This document shows, in pieces, positions 45,748 through 56,800 of a stretch of DNA of 64,000 bases (position 1 is its first letter; each line of letters begins with the position of its first letter). The notes under the pieces are model-generated. The model did no database searches, was not told the DNA's origin, and saw only the letters and a program-made list of their open reading frames with translations. The stretch spans positions 32,001 through 96,000 of IMG/VR virus record IMGVR_UViG_3300010412_000002. The stretch is one strand, 5' to 3'. Origin of the DNA: a virus. The position numbers and the translations under genes are program-made.

Positions 45748-48700
45748 AACAAGTAGCACCTAATAGATTTAATGTAGGATTAGAAACAGATTCTAATCCA
45801 AAGTTTGCCTCAGAAGGAACGTATAGATTTGCTCTAAACTCCGCACTAGAGACAACTGAAGGCGGCATCCCAACTATCACCAATGAGGTAGGGAATGCCG
45901 TTTCTGCGTTTCTAGAAGAAGGATACAAAGTAATTGGCGCATGTCTAACTAACACATCTGAGATAGTAATCTTTGCTACCAACGAAGAGATGTCTCAAAT
46001 AGGTATCCTTAATCCGGAAATTAATACCTACACTACAACAATATCCTCTAGCTGCTTAAACTTTAGTTCTAAGTATCCTATCTCATGTTTATTTAACATA
46101 CGAAAGGGATGTGAAAGAATGATCTACTTTACAGATAGATATAATAAATATAGAAGTATTAATCTAGATAATCTTTTATCTTATACTTCTGCTCCAACTA
46201 TTGCTCAGGCAAATAGTGAAGATAATTGGAACTGTGATGAATTTAGTCTCACACCAAATTATCAGGTACCTATTATTGATCTATTAAATGTAGAAGAAGG
46301 AGGAGGGCAACTAAAAGTTGGTACTTATCAGTTTGCTATTCAATACATAGATGAAGATGGTAATAACTCTGATTGGTTCAATGTAACTACCCCAGTTCCT
46401 GTTACGGTAGGTAATCCAAATGGAGACTGGAGATATATCCAAGGAGGTCTACCTGTTGCTAATACAGCAGAACCAGAAGAAGGTTCTGTACCAACTACTT
46501 CAAAGTCTATTCGACTTAGTATTTCTAATCTAGATATTAATTACCCATACTACAGACTAGCGGCTTTACATAGTACTGGCGCTATTGCTAGAGTTACAGA
46601 GGTATGGTACTTAGAACCTGTGGCAATTGGGTATGATACACAGGAGTATGTTTATAGAGGTCCAAATACAACAATAGATATTGTTGGGTCTCTTCCAGAT
46701 ATTAACATTAATAATACTCCTATTCACGTAGCTAAAGCTCACGCACAAATTGATCAATCATTGTGGTTAGCTAACTTAGAGGGTACAAAGTATAACTACG
46801 CAGACTTTCAAAGAGCTGCATCTAAGATACTTGCTACTCCTATTACCAAGGCTGTCCAAGTGGTTAATGCCTTGAACCCTGGCGATCCTAAATGTCCAAA
46901 CACTTGGTGGGACAGTCGATCGTTTATGCCAGATGAAGTATATGCATTCGGTATTCAATATCTTTATGCAGACGGATCTTGGTCACCCGTATTCCATATT
47001 CCTGGAAGACGTCCATTAAGTAGTGACCTAGGACTTGTTAACACAGTAGAAAGCCAATTCTTAGGTACAGGTGATTTTCCTAGATGGAGAGTTGAAAATA
47101 CCGGAACAGAAAGCATATTTGCTTATCATGAAACACTAAGTACTACATATCCTGATATACAAGATTGTTCTGGAGAAAGTATATGGGGAGAAGACTATGA
47201 TGGATATACTCTTGCAGGAGAGAAAATTAGACACCACAGATTTCCGAGCCGCCAAACTACTCCGATATATGATGATGCTACTGACAGTATTAGCATATAT
47301 GGAGTTAGATTTGATAACGTAGACTATCCTCACAATGATATAGTTGGGCATAGATTCTTAATGGCGGAACGTACTGAATCCAATAAAACAGTACTTGACA
47401 ATGGATTTGTTGCAGAAATCCATTTTGATGGGGAAGTACTTGATTACAAAGGAGTTGTTCCTCACTCTAACGATCAAACAGGGAAAGCATTTGCATTTCA
47501 CTCACCTAAAACCTTATTAGAGCAAAGATTCTTAAATGCTGATTATTACGATTTTCATACGAAAGCTGGATCAGCTGCAACACAAGATTCTGTAAATGAC
47601 GATATTGATATAAAAGGTACAGCAGCTCCTGCAGCTATTTATATGTATGTATCTGCATTTGGTAGTGGTGACTATAATCCAGATGACTGTGTACCAAGAC
47701 GAATGGCTACTGATAGTAGTATATTCGTTGCTCCACGTTCATCTCAGTCTCAGTTAGGTAGTTTTGAAAGTGCATTAGTAAATAGTTCACATTTTAATAC
47801 AGCATACTTTGTTCACTATGAAACAGAGTTTCAATTCTTTGGATTTAACCTGCATATAGCAGCAGCAAAAAGAAATGTTGATCCGTATACTAGTTTGTCA
47901 AACATAGTATACTATGCTATTCAACCAGGCTACCAGCAAACAACAGATGCTGTAGATATCTTTGGAGGCGACAGCTTTGTTACTAATATGAACTATATAG
48001 ATACCGCCTATATAAATGCGCTAGATCCAAGTGCTAAACATCTAAAGACTGTTGTAGGAGATTACTTATCTGGAGTGTGGGTAGATAGCGAATTAAACTT
48101 TGCATTACGTCACGGAGGTACCGATAGATGTAATACAGTGTTTAACGGAGTCGGCCCCGTATGGGAACACGTAAGAGATAAACTAGTTGATCCAGATCCG
48201 GATACAGTTAACCCTATTACTGGACAACCAGCAGTAGATACTAAGTATGTTACACGAGAAGAATTTTGTACTGAGTACTATGCGTACAACAAAGACTTCT
48301 CTAAAACTGTCTTTGAGAAACCTGGTGTGTCGTTATCGTATCAATTTGACTACTGCTCTGACTGCTTAAATTCATTTCCTAATAGGATTAGAGTATCACA
48401 AAAGAATTATCAAGAAAGTTCTTTAGATAACTACAGAATCTTTAAGGATGGAGATAGAAATGATCTCCCAGGAGTTAGCGGAAATATTAGTTCTTTACTA
48501 GTATACCAAGATAATCTCTATGCACTATGCGCTAGAGATATCTATATGATTCCTATTAATGCGCAAACAATTCAGACTTCTGAAAGTCTTGCTTACTTAG
48601 GAACTGGTGAAAGACTAGCAATTCCACCAAGAAGATTGTCTAGCACTACCTATCCGTATGGAGGCAGTCAACATCTATTCTCTAATATGGTTACTGAATT

Positions 48701-49763
48701 CGGTGCCATATATGTAGATGCCTTGTCCAATAAGATTATCATGCTGACTCCTAATGGTATGCAAGAGATCTCTGCACATGGTATGCGGAAGTTCTTTCAA
48801 CGTAATATGAACTTTGATCTTAATACTCAGTTCTTACAACAGCTTGGAATTTCGTATCCATTTCTAGATAATACAACGTATGAGTATGGACTTGGTTATT
48901 ATGTAACATATGATCCAGAGTTTAAACGAATTATTATTACCAAGAAAGATTATAGACTACGAGATGATAAAGTACTTCAACTATCTTCCTTAGGAGCCAA
49001 TGGTCAAATCAATTGGGTAAATGATAAGTTTGTTGTAAATAAAAACTCTATTAGCGTTCCTATTCATTTTACGGATACTAATTACTTTGAAAATAAGAGT
49101 TGGACATTATCTTATTATGTTCCCTCCCAACATTGGGCATCATACCATTCATATTTACCAACTATGTTTTTCAATGATGCTACTAGATTTTATTCTGTAA
49201 ATGGAGACAACAAGATTTGGAGACATGGAGGAACATCTAACTATCAAACATATTACGGATTAAAGAAGGATCATATCTTAGACTTTACAAGTTCGAGCAA
49301 CCCAGCTATTGCTAGCACTTACACAGTGTTTGATGTTAATTCAAACTTTGTAGATGCAGAAACAGATACTGATGATTTCTTCTTTGACCACGCTATCATC
49401 TATAACTCATATCAAAGTTCTGGTAAATTACCTGTAGTAAGAAAGACAAGTTCTTTTATGCCTGCCACCGATCAAGGGTTGATTGCAGCCAAAGCAGAAC
49501 GTAACTGGAGAATATCAGATTTTAGAGATATGGTAGTAGATTACACTGAACCTCTTTTTACAGATGATTGGGATGATATTCTTAACTATCACTATATTGA
49601 CAAAATTCCAAATGATTCTGTTATAAGTTCTTCAAAGAACCCTTTTGAACAAGGACGATTTAGAGATCACTATGTTGGATGTCGACTATTCTTTAATCCA
49701 CGAGAGAACGTTAAAGTAACTACGGATTTAATATCCTCAATAAATAAATTATCATTTCGATGA
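45744..49763 (+). CDS. Tail stabilisation / muzzle protein
   Basis: 1339 aa; GTYRFALN, IYFTD, GTYQFAIQY, DEVYAFGI, FGGDSF, SWTLSY...WASYHSY. Confidence 0.85.
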   Translation: MKQVAPNRFNVGLETDSNPKFASEGTYRFALNSALETTEGGIPTITNEVGNAVSAFLEEGYKVIGACLTNTSEIVIFATNEEMSQIGILNPEINTYTTTISSSCLNFSSKYPISCLFNIRKGCERMIYFTDRYNKYRSINLDNLLSYTSAPTIAQANSEDNWNCDEFSLTPNYQVPIIDLLNVEEGGGQLKVGTYQFAIQYIDEDGNNSDWFNVTTPVPVTVGNPNGDWRYIQGGLPVANTAEPEEGSVPTTSKSIRLSISNLDINYPYYRLAALHSTGAIARVTEVWYLEPVAIGYDTQEYVYRGPNTTIDIVGSLPDININNTPIHVAKAHAQIDQSLWLANLEGTKYNYADFQRAASKILATPITKAVQVVNALNPGDPKCPNTWWDSRSFMPDEVYAFGIQYLYADGSWSPVFHIPGRRPLSSDLGLVNTVESQFLGTGDFPRWRVENTGTESIFAYHETLSTTYPDIQDCSGESIWGEDYDGYTLAGEKIRHHRFPSRQTTPIYDDATDSISIYGVRFDNVDYPHNDIVGHRFLMAERTESNKTVLDNGFVAEIHFDGEVLDYKGVVPHSNDQTGKAFAFHSPKTLLEQRFLNADYYDFHTKAGSAATQDSVNDDIDIKGTAAPAAIYMYVSAFGSGDYNPDDCVPRRMATDSSIFVAPRSSQSQLGSFESALVNSSHFNTAYFVHYETEFQFFGFNLHIAAAKRNVDPYTSLSNIVYYAIQPGYQQTTDAVDIFGGDSFVTNMNYIDTAYINALDPSAKHLKTVVGDYLSGVWVDSELNFALRHGGTDRCNTVFNGVGPVWEHVRDKLVDPDPDTVNPITGQPAVDTKYVTREEFCTEYYAYNKDFSKTVFEKPGVSLSYQFDYCSDCLNSFPNRIRVSQKNYQESSLDNYRIFKDGDRNDLPGVSGNISSLLVYQDNLYALCARDIYMIPINAQTIQTSESLAYLGTGERLAIPPRRLSSTTYPYGGSQHLFSNMVTEFGAIYVDALSNKIIMLTPNGMQEISAHGMRKFFQRNMNFDLNTQFLQQLGISYPFLDNTTYEYGLGYYVTYDPEFKRIIITKKDYRLRDDKVLQLSSLGANGQINWVNDKFVVNKNSISVPIHFTDTNYFENKSWTLSYYVPSQHWASYHSYLPTMFFNDATRFYSVNGDNKIWRHGGTSNYQTYYGLKKDHILDFTSSSNPAIASTYTVFDVNSNFVDAETDTDDFFFDHAIIYNSYQSSGKLPVVRKTSSFMPATDQGLIAAKAERNWRISDFRDMVVDYTEPLFTDDWDDILNYHYIDKIPNDSVISSSKNPFEQGRFRDHYVGCRLFFNPRENVKVTTDLISSINKLSFR

Positions 49764-51958
49764 ATAAAAATAATCAAATAGCCCAGGGGATGGCCTCCGT
49801 AGGAGCTTTAGCAAAGCCACTAGATCTAGTAGTTCCTGGGTTAGGAACGGGTATTGGGGCTGCCACCCAACTAGGTGCGCTATTGCTTCCAGATACAACG
49901 GTACAATATCCAATCAATCCCTATAATGTAAACGCATTTGGAAGTGTTGGTTATTATAATGCAGGCGGAACTTTACCAGGAGGTATAGGAGATCGGCAAA
50001 TATCACGCGACGCGTTCAAAGTTCAAGGCAATGGTGGTATAGATAATAACTATCGGCAGGTAGAAGGACAACCTGCAATGCTTACACAAAATGAAATTGT
50101 AGGGAAGTTAACAAACGGAGAAAACTATGTTTACTCTGATTACTTACGTAATCCTCTTTCCGGTAATACTTTTGCAAAAGACGCAGAGAAACTCAAGAAA
50201 GCGCAACATCAAGCAGATGTAAGAGCAGAACTTGGTGATCCTATAGCAAGAAAAACTGTTGCTGCAATTAAACAAGAAAGTGACAAGCTTGCTACAATAA
50301 ATGATATGGCAATCAAAATGGCACAACAGAATATGCCCGGCAAGACTGCAGAAGAATACTGCAGAGGTGGCAAAATTAAACCAAAGAAGATGGTTCTTGG
50401 AGGTGCTACTGAATTACCACAACCTGGACAAATTACACCAGAAATGTCTGGTTGGTGGGGTAACCCATCAGTATCTCAGGTTCCTGTAGTAATGCCTACT
50501 CCAGATCCAATTCCTATAGTTCCTCCTTTTAGTACTGTAGCTCCTTACCCAAAACAAGGAGACTTCTGGTATGGCATTGATCCTGCTGCTAGAGCAGGTA
50601 TTGAAAACGCTGGAAGACAAGTAATGCAAGGAGCTAATAACGTACGAGACTTTAATCATAATCTTTCCCAAGGAATTGTACAAGGATTTACAGATTATTC
50701 TACAGCAATTGGTAGAGGACTATACGGTCCAGGATTCCAATTTGGAGATATCGGACCTATCAATTCCATGGCTAGAAACTATGTAGAACGTACTCCACAG
50801 AATCCTGGTATGCGTTCCAGAGGAATAGGGGCATCAGCATATGATCCTACCCAAGATCCAAGAATAATGGGATGGCAACAATATAGCCCAACCAATTCTC
50901 CCACAACTGTTGCTACTCCTACTGTTACTCCAGAACAACTCGCCGCAGATAAAGCTGCTGCAACTGCTAGTACGTCTAAAGGAGGTAGTAAAGGGAGTAG
51001 TAAAGGATCTGTAGGACTTGATTATATCCCAGGTACTGAAGAGCTTACTGCTAGGCCCAATAAAGAAACTCTATCTATAGAGGATGTAAAAGCAGGTAAG
51101 ACTTTAAATTATACTGATCCTAATTGGAAAGGAGTGAAGACTTCTGACTTCCAATCTTGGCTAGAGAAAAATCACCCAGGGGAATTGCCAAAATTTGGTG
51201 TAGATGGTAAATGGGGTAGTGAAACAGAAAGTGCATGGAATAAATATGGTAAAGAATACTTAACGTTTGCAGGATTTTTTGGGGCTCCTCCAGTAGAAAT
51301 GCTTAAGACAAATGCTCCGCAACAAATTGACCGTACTAAGGAACAAGGAGCAATAGCGCAGGAAGCTGCCAATAAAAAATCAGAGCCTGTAGCAAATGAC
51401 AATCAAAGTTTCTTTTCAAGTATTCAACCTTATATTGGTGATATCATGCAAGGATTAGCCTTTGCAGGTCAATTTGCAAATATGGGTCCAGCTACATGGG
51501 AACAAATCCCAATGATGGATAATAGACAAATTGATCCCACGTATATGCAAGAGCGTATTCGAGCTGCAAGGACTGCTGCAATGCAGCAAGCTGGAACTTC
51601 CTATACTTCAAATCAAGCTGCTCAAATGGCTATGATTTCAGATGCTGCTCAACAAGAAACACAAATGCTGCAACAGGTGGCTCAACAAAATAAACAATTG
51701 TCAGCCTCTACACAGCAATATAATAATCAAGCTAGAGTACAGCAACAAATTGCTAGAATGCAAGCTCAGGGAGCAAGAGATGCTGCAATGCAGGGTATCT
51801 GGGGATCATTTGCAAATGCTGGTCAAGCACTTAATGAACAGTATTCAAACAAAGTTGGACAAGCCGCACTTGCTGCAGCTTATCCTCTTATCTTTGAAGG
51901 ATTATCCGCAGATATGAAAGAGTTTCTACAAAAGAAAGCAAACAAAACTAACATCTAA
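49760..51958 (+). CDS. Virion cargo/ejection protein with peptidoglycan-binding-like motif
   Basis: Gly-rich TM-like N-terminus; Q/A-rich C-terminus; GVDGKWGSET motif. Confidence 0.65.
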   Translation: MNKNNQIAQGMASVGALAKPLDLVVPGLGTGIGAATQLGALLLPDTTVQYPINPYNVNAFGSVGYYNAGGTLPGGIGDRQISRDAFKVQGNGGIDNNYRQVEGQPAMLTQNEIVGKLTNGENYVYSDYLRNPLSGNTFAKDAEKLKKAQHQADVRAELGDPIARKTVAAIKQESDKLATINDMAIKMAQQNMPGKTAEEYCRGGKIKPKKMVLGGATELPQPGQITPEMSGWWGNPSVSQVPVVMPTPDPIPIVPPFSTVAPYPKQGDFWYGIDPAARAGIENAGRQVMQGANNVRDFNHNLSQGIVQGFTDYSTAIGRGLYGPGFQFGDIGPINSMARNYVERTPQNPGMRSRGIGASAYDPTQDPRIMGWQQYSPTNSPTTVATPTVTPEQLAADKAAATASTSKGGSKGSSKGSVGLDYIPGTEELTARPNKETLSIEDVKAGKTLNYTDPNWKGVKTSDFQSWLEKNHPGELPKFGVDGKWGSETESAWNKYGKEYLTFAGFFGAPPVEMLKTNAPQQIDRTKEQGAIAQEAANKKSEPVANDNQSFFSSIQPYIGDIMQGLAFAGQFANMGPATWEQIPMMDNRQIDPTYMQERIRAARTAAMQQAGTSYTSNQAAQMAMISDAAQQETQMLQQVAQQNKQLSASTQQYNNQARVQQQIARMQAQGARDAAMQGIWGSFANAGQALNEQYSNKVGQAALAAAYPLIFEGLSADMKEFLQKKANKTNI

Positions 51959-53856
51959 TGGCATTTAATAGATTTATGACACGCACTCCAATGCAGTTTG
52001 ATTTCTATAAACAACCATTGGAAGTTATATCTCAAGCGTTACAAGTCAAACAACAAGCTTACGATAAGAACGCAGCCCTAGCGGATCAATTACTTTCTAT
52101 GTCCATTAATTCAATGGATGCAGATAGAGCTTCAGCTAATGCTTTAACTAGAGGGTATCAACAGACTGTTGATCAAATGGCTGAACAGTATAATGGTGAT
52201 TACTCTAAAATGGGGCGAGAGCTGATGGGGCTAGCTAGAAAAATTCGTAAAGACTTCACATCTGGAGGAGAAGCTTTTGCATATGAGTACAACAAAAGTT
52301 TATATGATAAATGGCTTGACTTCTCACAGAAAGCTTCATTATCTGGACGTGGACCATCAGTACAGCAAGTTAATCTTGGCAATGCGTACATTCTTAACAA
52401 CTACAAAGGTGCAGGTTACAATAAAGAAACTGGGACCTTTAGCAGTTTACAAACCCCCAATCTTGTAGAGTATCAAGAGATGTCAACATTAGTAGATACC
52501 TTTGCCAAGAACGTTGTACCAAATAAAGTAGCTTCTGGTGAATGGGAAGTTAATAATGGGAAAGTATGGTATAAGAATAAAGTAGGTATACAAGAAGTAA
52601 CTCCAGATAGAATTCAAGCTGCTGTTAGAGAAGGGCTAAGATCTCATCAAGGATGGCAGGCATATGCAAATCAAATGGAACAGTTCGGTGCGCCAATTAC
52701 AGAAGAGATGTACAATTCTCAAGTTAACCGCGCTATTAATTCCTTTGCTTATCGTTGGAAAGAATCTGATCAAGATATCATGGTTAATCCATTTGCACTT
52801 AAAGCATATGAGAAGAGCCTAGAGACTCCAGAACCGCAGCCAATGACTAGCTACTATTCCCCAGCAAGATCAAAAGGCCAACCGACAGAAAGACAAAAAG
52901 CAGAAGGTGCCGTAGGAATTCCTACATCCTTTGATGCGTCCGACTTTAATACCTGGAGCTTTAGTGCTGCTCCTGGAGGAAGAATGGGTAGTTTCACAGT
53001 TCAACGAAACAAAGATCAATCTTTTGATCAGTATATGAAACGTGCAGATGTAGTAAATAAGTATGGACAATTTGGGCAGAATCTATATGCATCAATGTCT
53101 AAGAATCCTGAATGGAATAACATGTCGGAGAAAGAGAAATCTCACGCATTTAGAGACGCATACGGAACTGCTGCTGCAGAATTTAATAGAGTTCAAGATA
53201 ATATCTATACTCTGAATGATAAGACTCGTCAGAACCTACGAGAGAACTTCTTGCAATCTTCTTTCCCAGCTCAAGCGCAGTATACTGTTGTAGATATGAA
53301 AGATGAAACTACCATTTCAGATATCACTGCAAGAGATATGACTAGTATGACTGGGTATAGTGTATCAGATATTCAGGAAGGAGGGGTTGTACAAGGAATT
53401 ACTAATCCTGCATCTGGATTACCTATGGGTATTGAACTTGGTCTCCCCGATCAAGGGGATAAAAAAGAACGTAGATACCGAGTAGTAATGCAGGGGTACG
53501 ATGCCCGTGCAGAAGAAACTGGTAACAATCTACAAAAACTATACTATCCATATTATGGCGGAGCAAGTAAGTCTCCTCAAGTTCCGCTAGCTTCTGTAGG
53601 TCCATACTTAGTACAAACAGAAGTTCAACCGACCTTTGATCAGAATGGTAAACTTGGGCAACCAATTGAAAAAGTATACTTCCAAGAATATGAAGTAGAT
53701 GATCAAGGACGTCCAGTATTCGATCACAACAATCAGCTTAAAGTTAAAGATAAACCATTTGAAGTTCCTTACACTCTGCAATCACTAGTAGATTCAGAAT
53801 TTAGAGCAGCAGGCTTGGATTATCAATCTAATAAACTCAAAGATAGTAAATTTTAA
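51958..53856 (+). CDS. Virion cargo protein
   Basis: crAss-type N-terminus MAFNRF...PLE...KQQAYD; precedes the giant ORF. Confidence 0.6.
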   Translation: MAFNRFMTRTPMQFDFYKQPLEVISQALQVKQQAYDKNAALADQLLSMSINSMDADRASANALTRGYQQTVDQMAEQYNGDYSKMGRELMGLARKIRKDFTSGGEAFAYEYNKSLYDKWLDFSQKASLSGRGPSVQQVNLGNAYILNNYKGAGYNKETGTFSSLQTPNLVEYQEMSTLVDTFAKNVVPNKVASGEWEVNNGKVWYKNKVGIQEVTPDRIQAAVREGLRSHQGWQAYANQMEQFGAPITEEMYNSQVNRAINSFAYRWKESDQDIMVNPFALKAYEKSLETPEPQPMTSYYSPARSKGQPTERQKAEGAVGIPTSFDASDFNTWSFSAAPGGRMGSFTVQRNKDQSFDQYMKRADVVNKYGQFGQNLYASMSKNPEWNNMSEKEKSHAFRDAYGTAAAEFNRVQDNIYTLNDKTRQNLRENFLQSSFPAQAQYTVVDMKDETTISDITARDMTSMTGYSVSDIQEGGVVQGITNPASGLPMGIELGLPDQGDKKERRYRVVMQGYDARAEETGNNLQKLYYPYYGGASKSPQVPLASVGPYLVQTEVQPTFDQNGKLGQPIEKVYFQEYEVDDQGRPVFDHNNQLKVKDKPFEVPYTLQSLVDSEFRAAGLDYQSNKLKDSKF

Positions 53857-53862
53857 TTACTT

Positions 53863-56800
53863 ATGAAGGTAGATGCTTTCACCTACGCACTGATGAACAA
53901 TATGGATCCGGTAACAGGTGAACCCATTAAAGGCGGGTTCACTGCCGATCAATTGTATGCTCCACGGCCTGCTCAAGCTATGCCAGGATCTGGTGGCCCC
54001 TCTAGTTATATGATGGGATATCGTCCAGGTATGAACGCTGATTATGTTCGTTCCGCAAACCAGCCTCTCGGTGCATCCTTCCTTAACGGCTTAACTTCAA
54101 ATATCGTGGTTGGTACCATCGGTAAGATTGGAGAAGGAGTCGGGATGATTGCTAATATTCCCTCTGCAGTTGCTTCTGGCGACATAGAGAAGCTATTTGA
54201 TAATTCAATCACTAACTTCTTTGAAAGTATTCAAGAAGATGCTAAAGACGCACTACCAGTTTACCAAGGTAGAACATATCAAACTGGAAATATTCTTGCT
54301 CGTATGGGCACAGACGACTTCTGGTTTAACGATGGATTTGATGCTGTATCATTTCTGTTATCTGCATACGTACCTGGTGGGGCAGTATCTAAAGTATCTA
54401 AGTTAGCCAAACTAGGTAAACTTGCTACATCAATTAACAACTTGGGCTCTAAAGCAAAGGGCGCTAAGTTAGCCAAACTATTAAAAGAAGTAACTGAAGA
54501 TCAAGTAGAAAATGCAGTCACACAAGGCGTTTCAACTGCTTATAACACTATTACCGAAGCTGGATTTGAGGCTAAGGATACATTTGATTCTGTATATCAA
54601 GAGTATAAGAAAACTATGTCAGACGAAGAAGCGAAGAAAAAAGCTTCTCAAGCTGCTGCTAGAGTTTTCACTGCTAACATGTATGGTCTCTTGGTACCTA
54701 ACGCTATACAGTCTAGCTTTATGCACGGTAATAATTCTTTTAATCTACGTAAGATTAAGGACGCTGTTCGTAGTGGCAATGGACTTGATGAGATTCTAAA
54801 TACTAGAGCTAAGATGCTAACTAAACTTGGCGAAGGTATTGCATCTGAAGGTCTATGGGAAGAAAACTTTCAAAATGCCGTGCAACGATATGAGCGTCGT
54901 ATGTCTGAAGGATGGGTAGGCGATCGTGCAGGAGAGTATACATATGGTATGCTCCTAGGTTTAAAAGGTACAGCTAAGGCTTTTATTCCTGGTTTACCTG
55001 CTCCAGAAGCTGGCACGGATGAAGATGAAGCAGCCGCATCAATTGCCCTTGGTGGATTGATTGGTGGTGGTATGGGTATTGGATCTACTATTCTAGAAAA
55101 TAAGAATCTTAGTAAAGTAATTAAAGGTGCTGAGGTTGATTGGGCAAGAGTTAAAGATGCTAATAAATTTAGTAAGAATTTACTAGTAGATAACTTATCG
55201 GTTAACTTAAAGAGTCATGGCATGGTCGATGAAACCGATGCTAATGGTAATCCTACTGGTCGTAAAGTTCCTCAATATGTAGATCCTGATTCAGGTCAAG
55301 TATCTATGGATCCACAGAAGATGCAAACTTTTATGTTGCGTCGAGCTAAGGATATGAATCTTGGAGCAGCACAAGTAGATGCTGTATTAGGTAATAGCCA
55401 AAGCTTGATGGACTACAATAGAGAAATGGCTCTTATGTCCTATGCTTGGCATTTACGGTCAATTCCTAACTTATCAAAAGAAGATATAGACGATCTAATT
55501 AAATACGATGTACAACTTCCTGTATCTAGGGAGTTGGATGGAGTTGTAGATCAGAATTTGCTTTCTCAGAATGTTGATAAGATTCGTGCATACATGCAAT
55601 TGTATGACGATAGTCTTACGCATACATCTGGCATGTATGATTTCTCTGACACAAATGTTGACAGGGATTTTGGTGCATATATCCGCAGGGCTTATTTCTA
55701 TGATGCTGGTAAAAAATTGGCTGCGCAACATATGAAAGAAACTGCATCTGATACTATGCGCCCGCAACTTGATCAGATGATTACAGATATTGATTCTTAC
55801 TTGGCTCGATTCAGAAATAATATTCCTAAGTTTCGTCAAGCTTATGACCTTGAAGTAAAGTCTGCAATTGGTCTTGGTAATCGACTTGTTGATATTGAAG
55901 AGGCTTTAAAAGTTGAGGGTATTACTGATGAGGTTAAGCAAGATCTAGAAGCCGAAAAGAAAGTAATTGAATATCAACTAGAGGAACTTCGAGATGTAGA
56001 TGGATATTTCTATGATACATTTGGTGGACAGCGCGCTACTGAATACGGATCTGCTAGTTTATCTAAGAACGAACCTGCATATCATATGCGCAAACGTGGG
56101 GAACAGTTCCGTCCACGTTCAATGGCAGAAAAGTATTACTACAACAGGGCTTTAACTGATCTATTTAATATTGAAGTATCTAGAGATTTTCAAGACAATG
56201 TACCTGTAGAAGAAATTTTTGATAAGGCAGCTGTACGCCCAGAATTAAGACTCAACAATGCAAATAGAACTGCGTTAAAGGAAGGATTCATTGCAAAGAA
56301 AACTGAGGTTGAAAGCAAAAATGATTCCTTTAATCAAATGAAAGAGTTGCGTGATAATATGCATGCAAGTCTTAATCTTGAATATAATGCAGAACGTCCT
56401 GAACTTGTAACTAATGAGGATGAGATGGATGAGTATCAAGCTTTCCTAGATGACAATGTTCATGATATGGAAGCTGCAGGTGATCTCCTCTCTGAAGGAT
56501 TAGGCGAAAATCCATTTACAGAACAGACTCTACGAGAGAATCCTAATTCTTTTGTGGAATTGTATCGTCGTATGGATAAAGCAATTAAGGACCACGAACT
56601 AGCTGTTAAGAAAACACAAGCTGCCCTAGACTCTCTTGAAGAACTTTCTAGAGTATCGAATGAACTTGCTGCAGAAAGTGCTATTTACGATAATCTAACT
56701 CCTGAGAAGAGGGGCGAAGTATTCAGAGATAAATTCTTTGAGCAAAAAACTGCAGGTGTACGTAGTGTTATCGCGCAATTCCGTGCGGACAGAGATGGAT

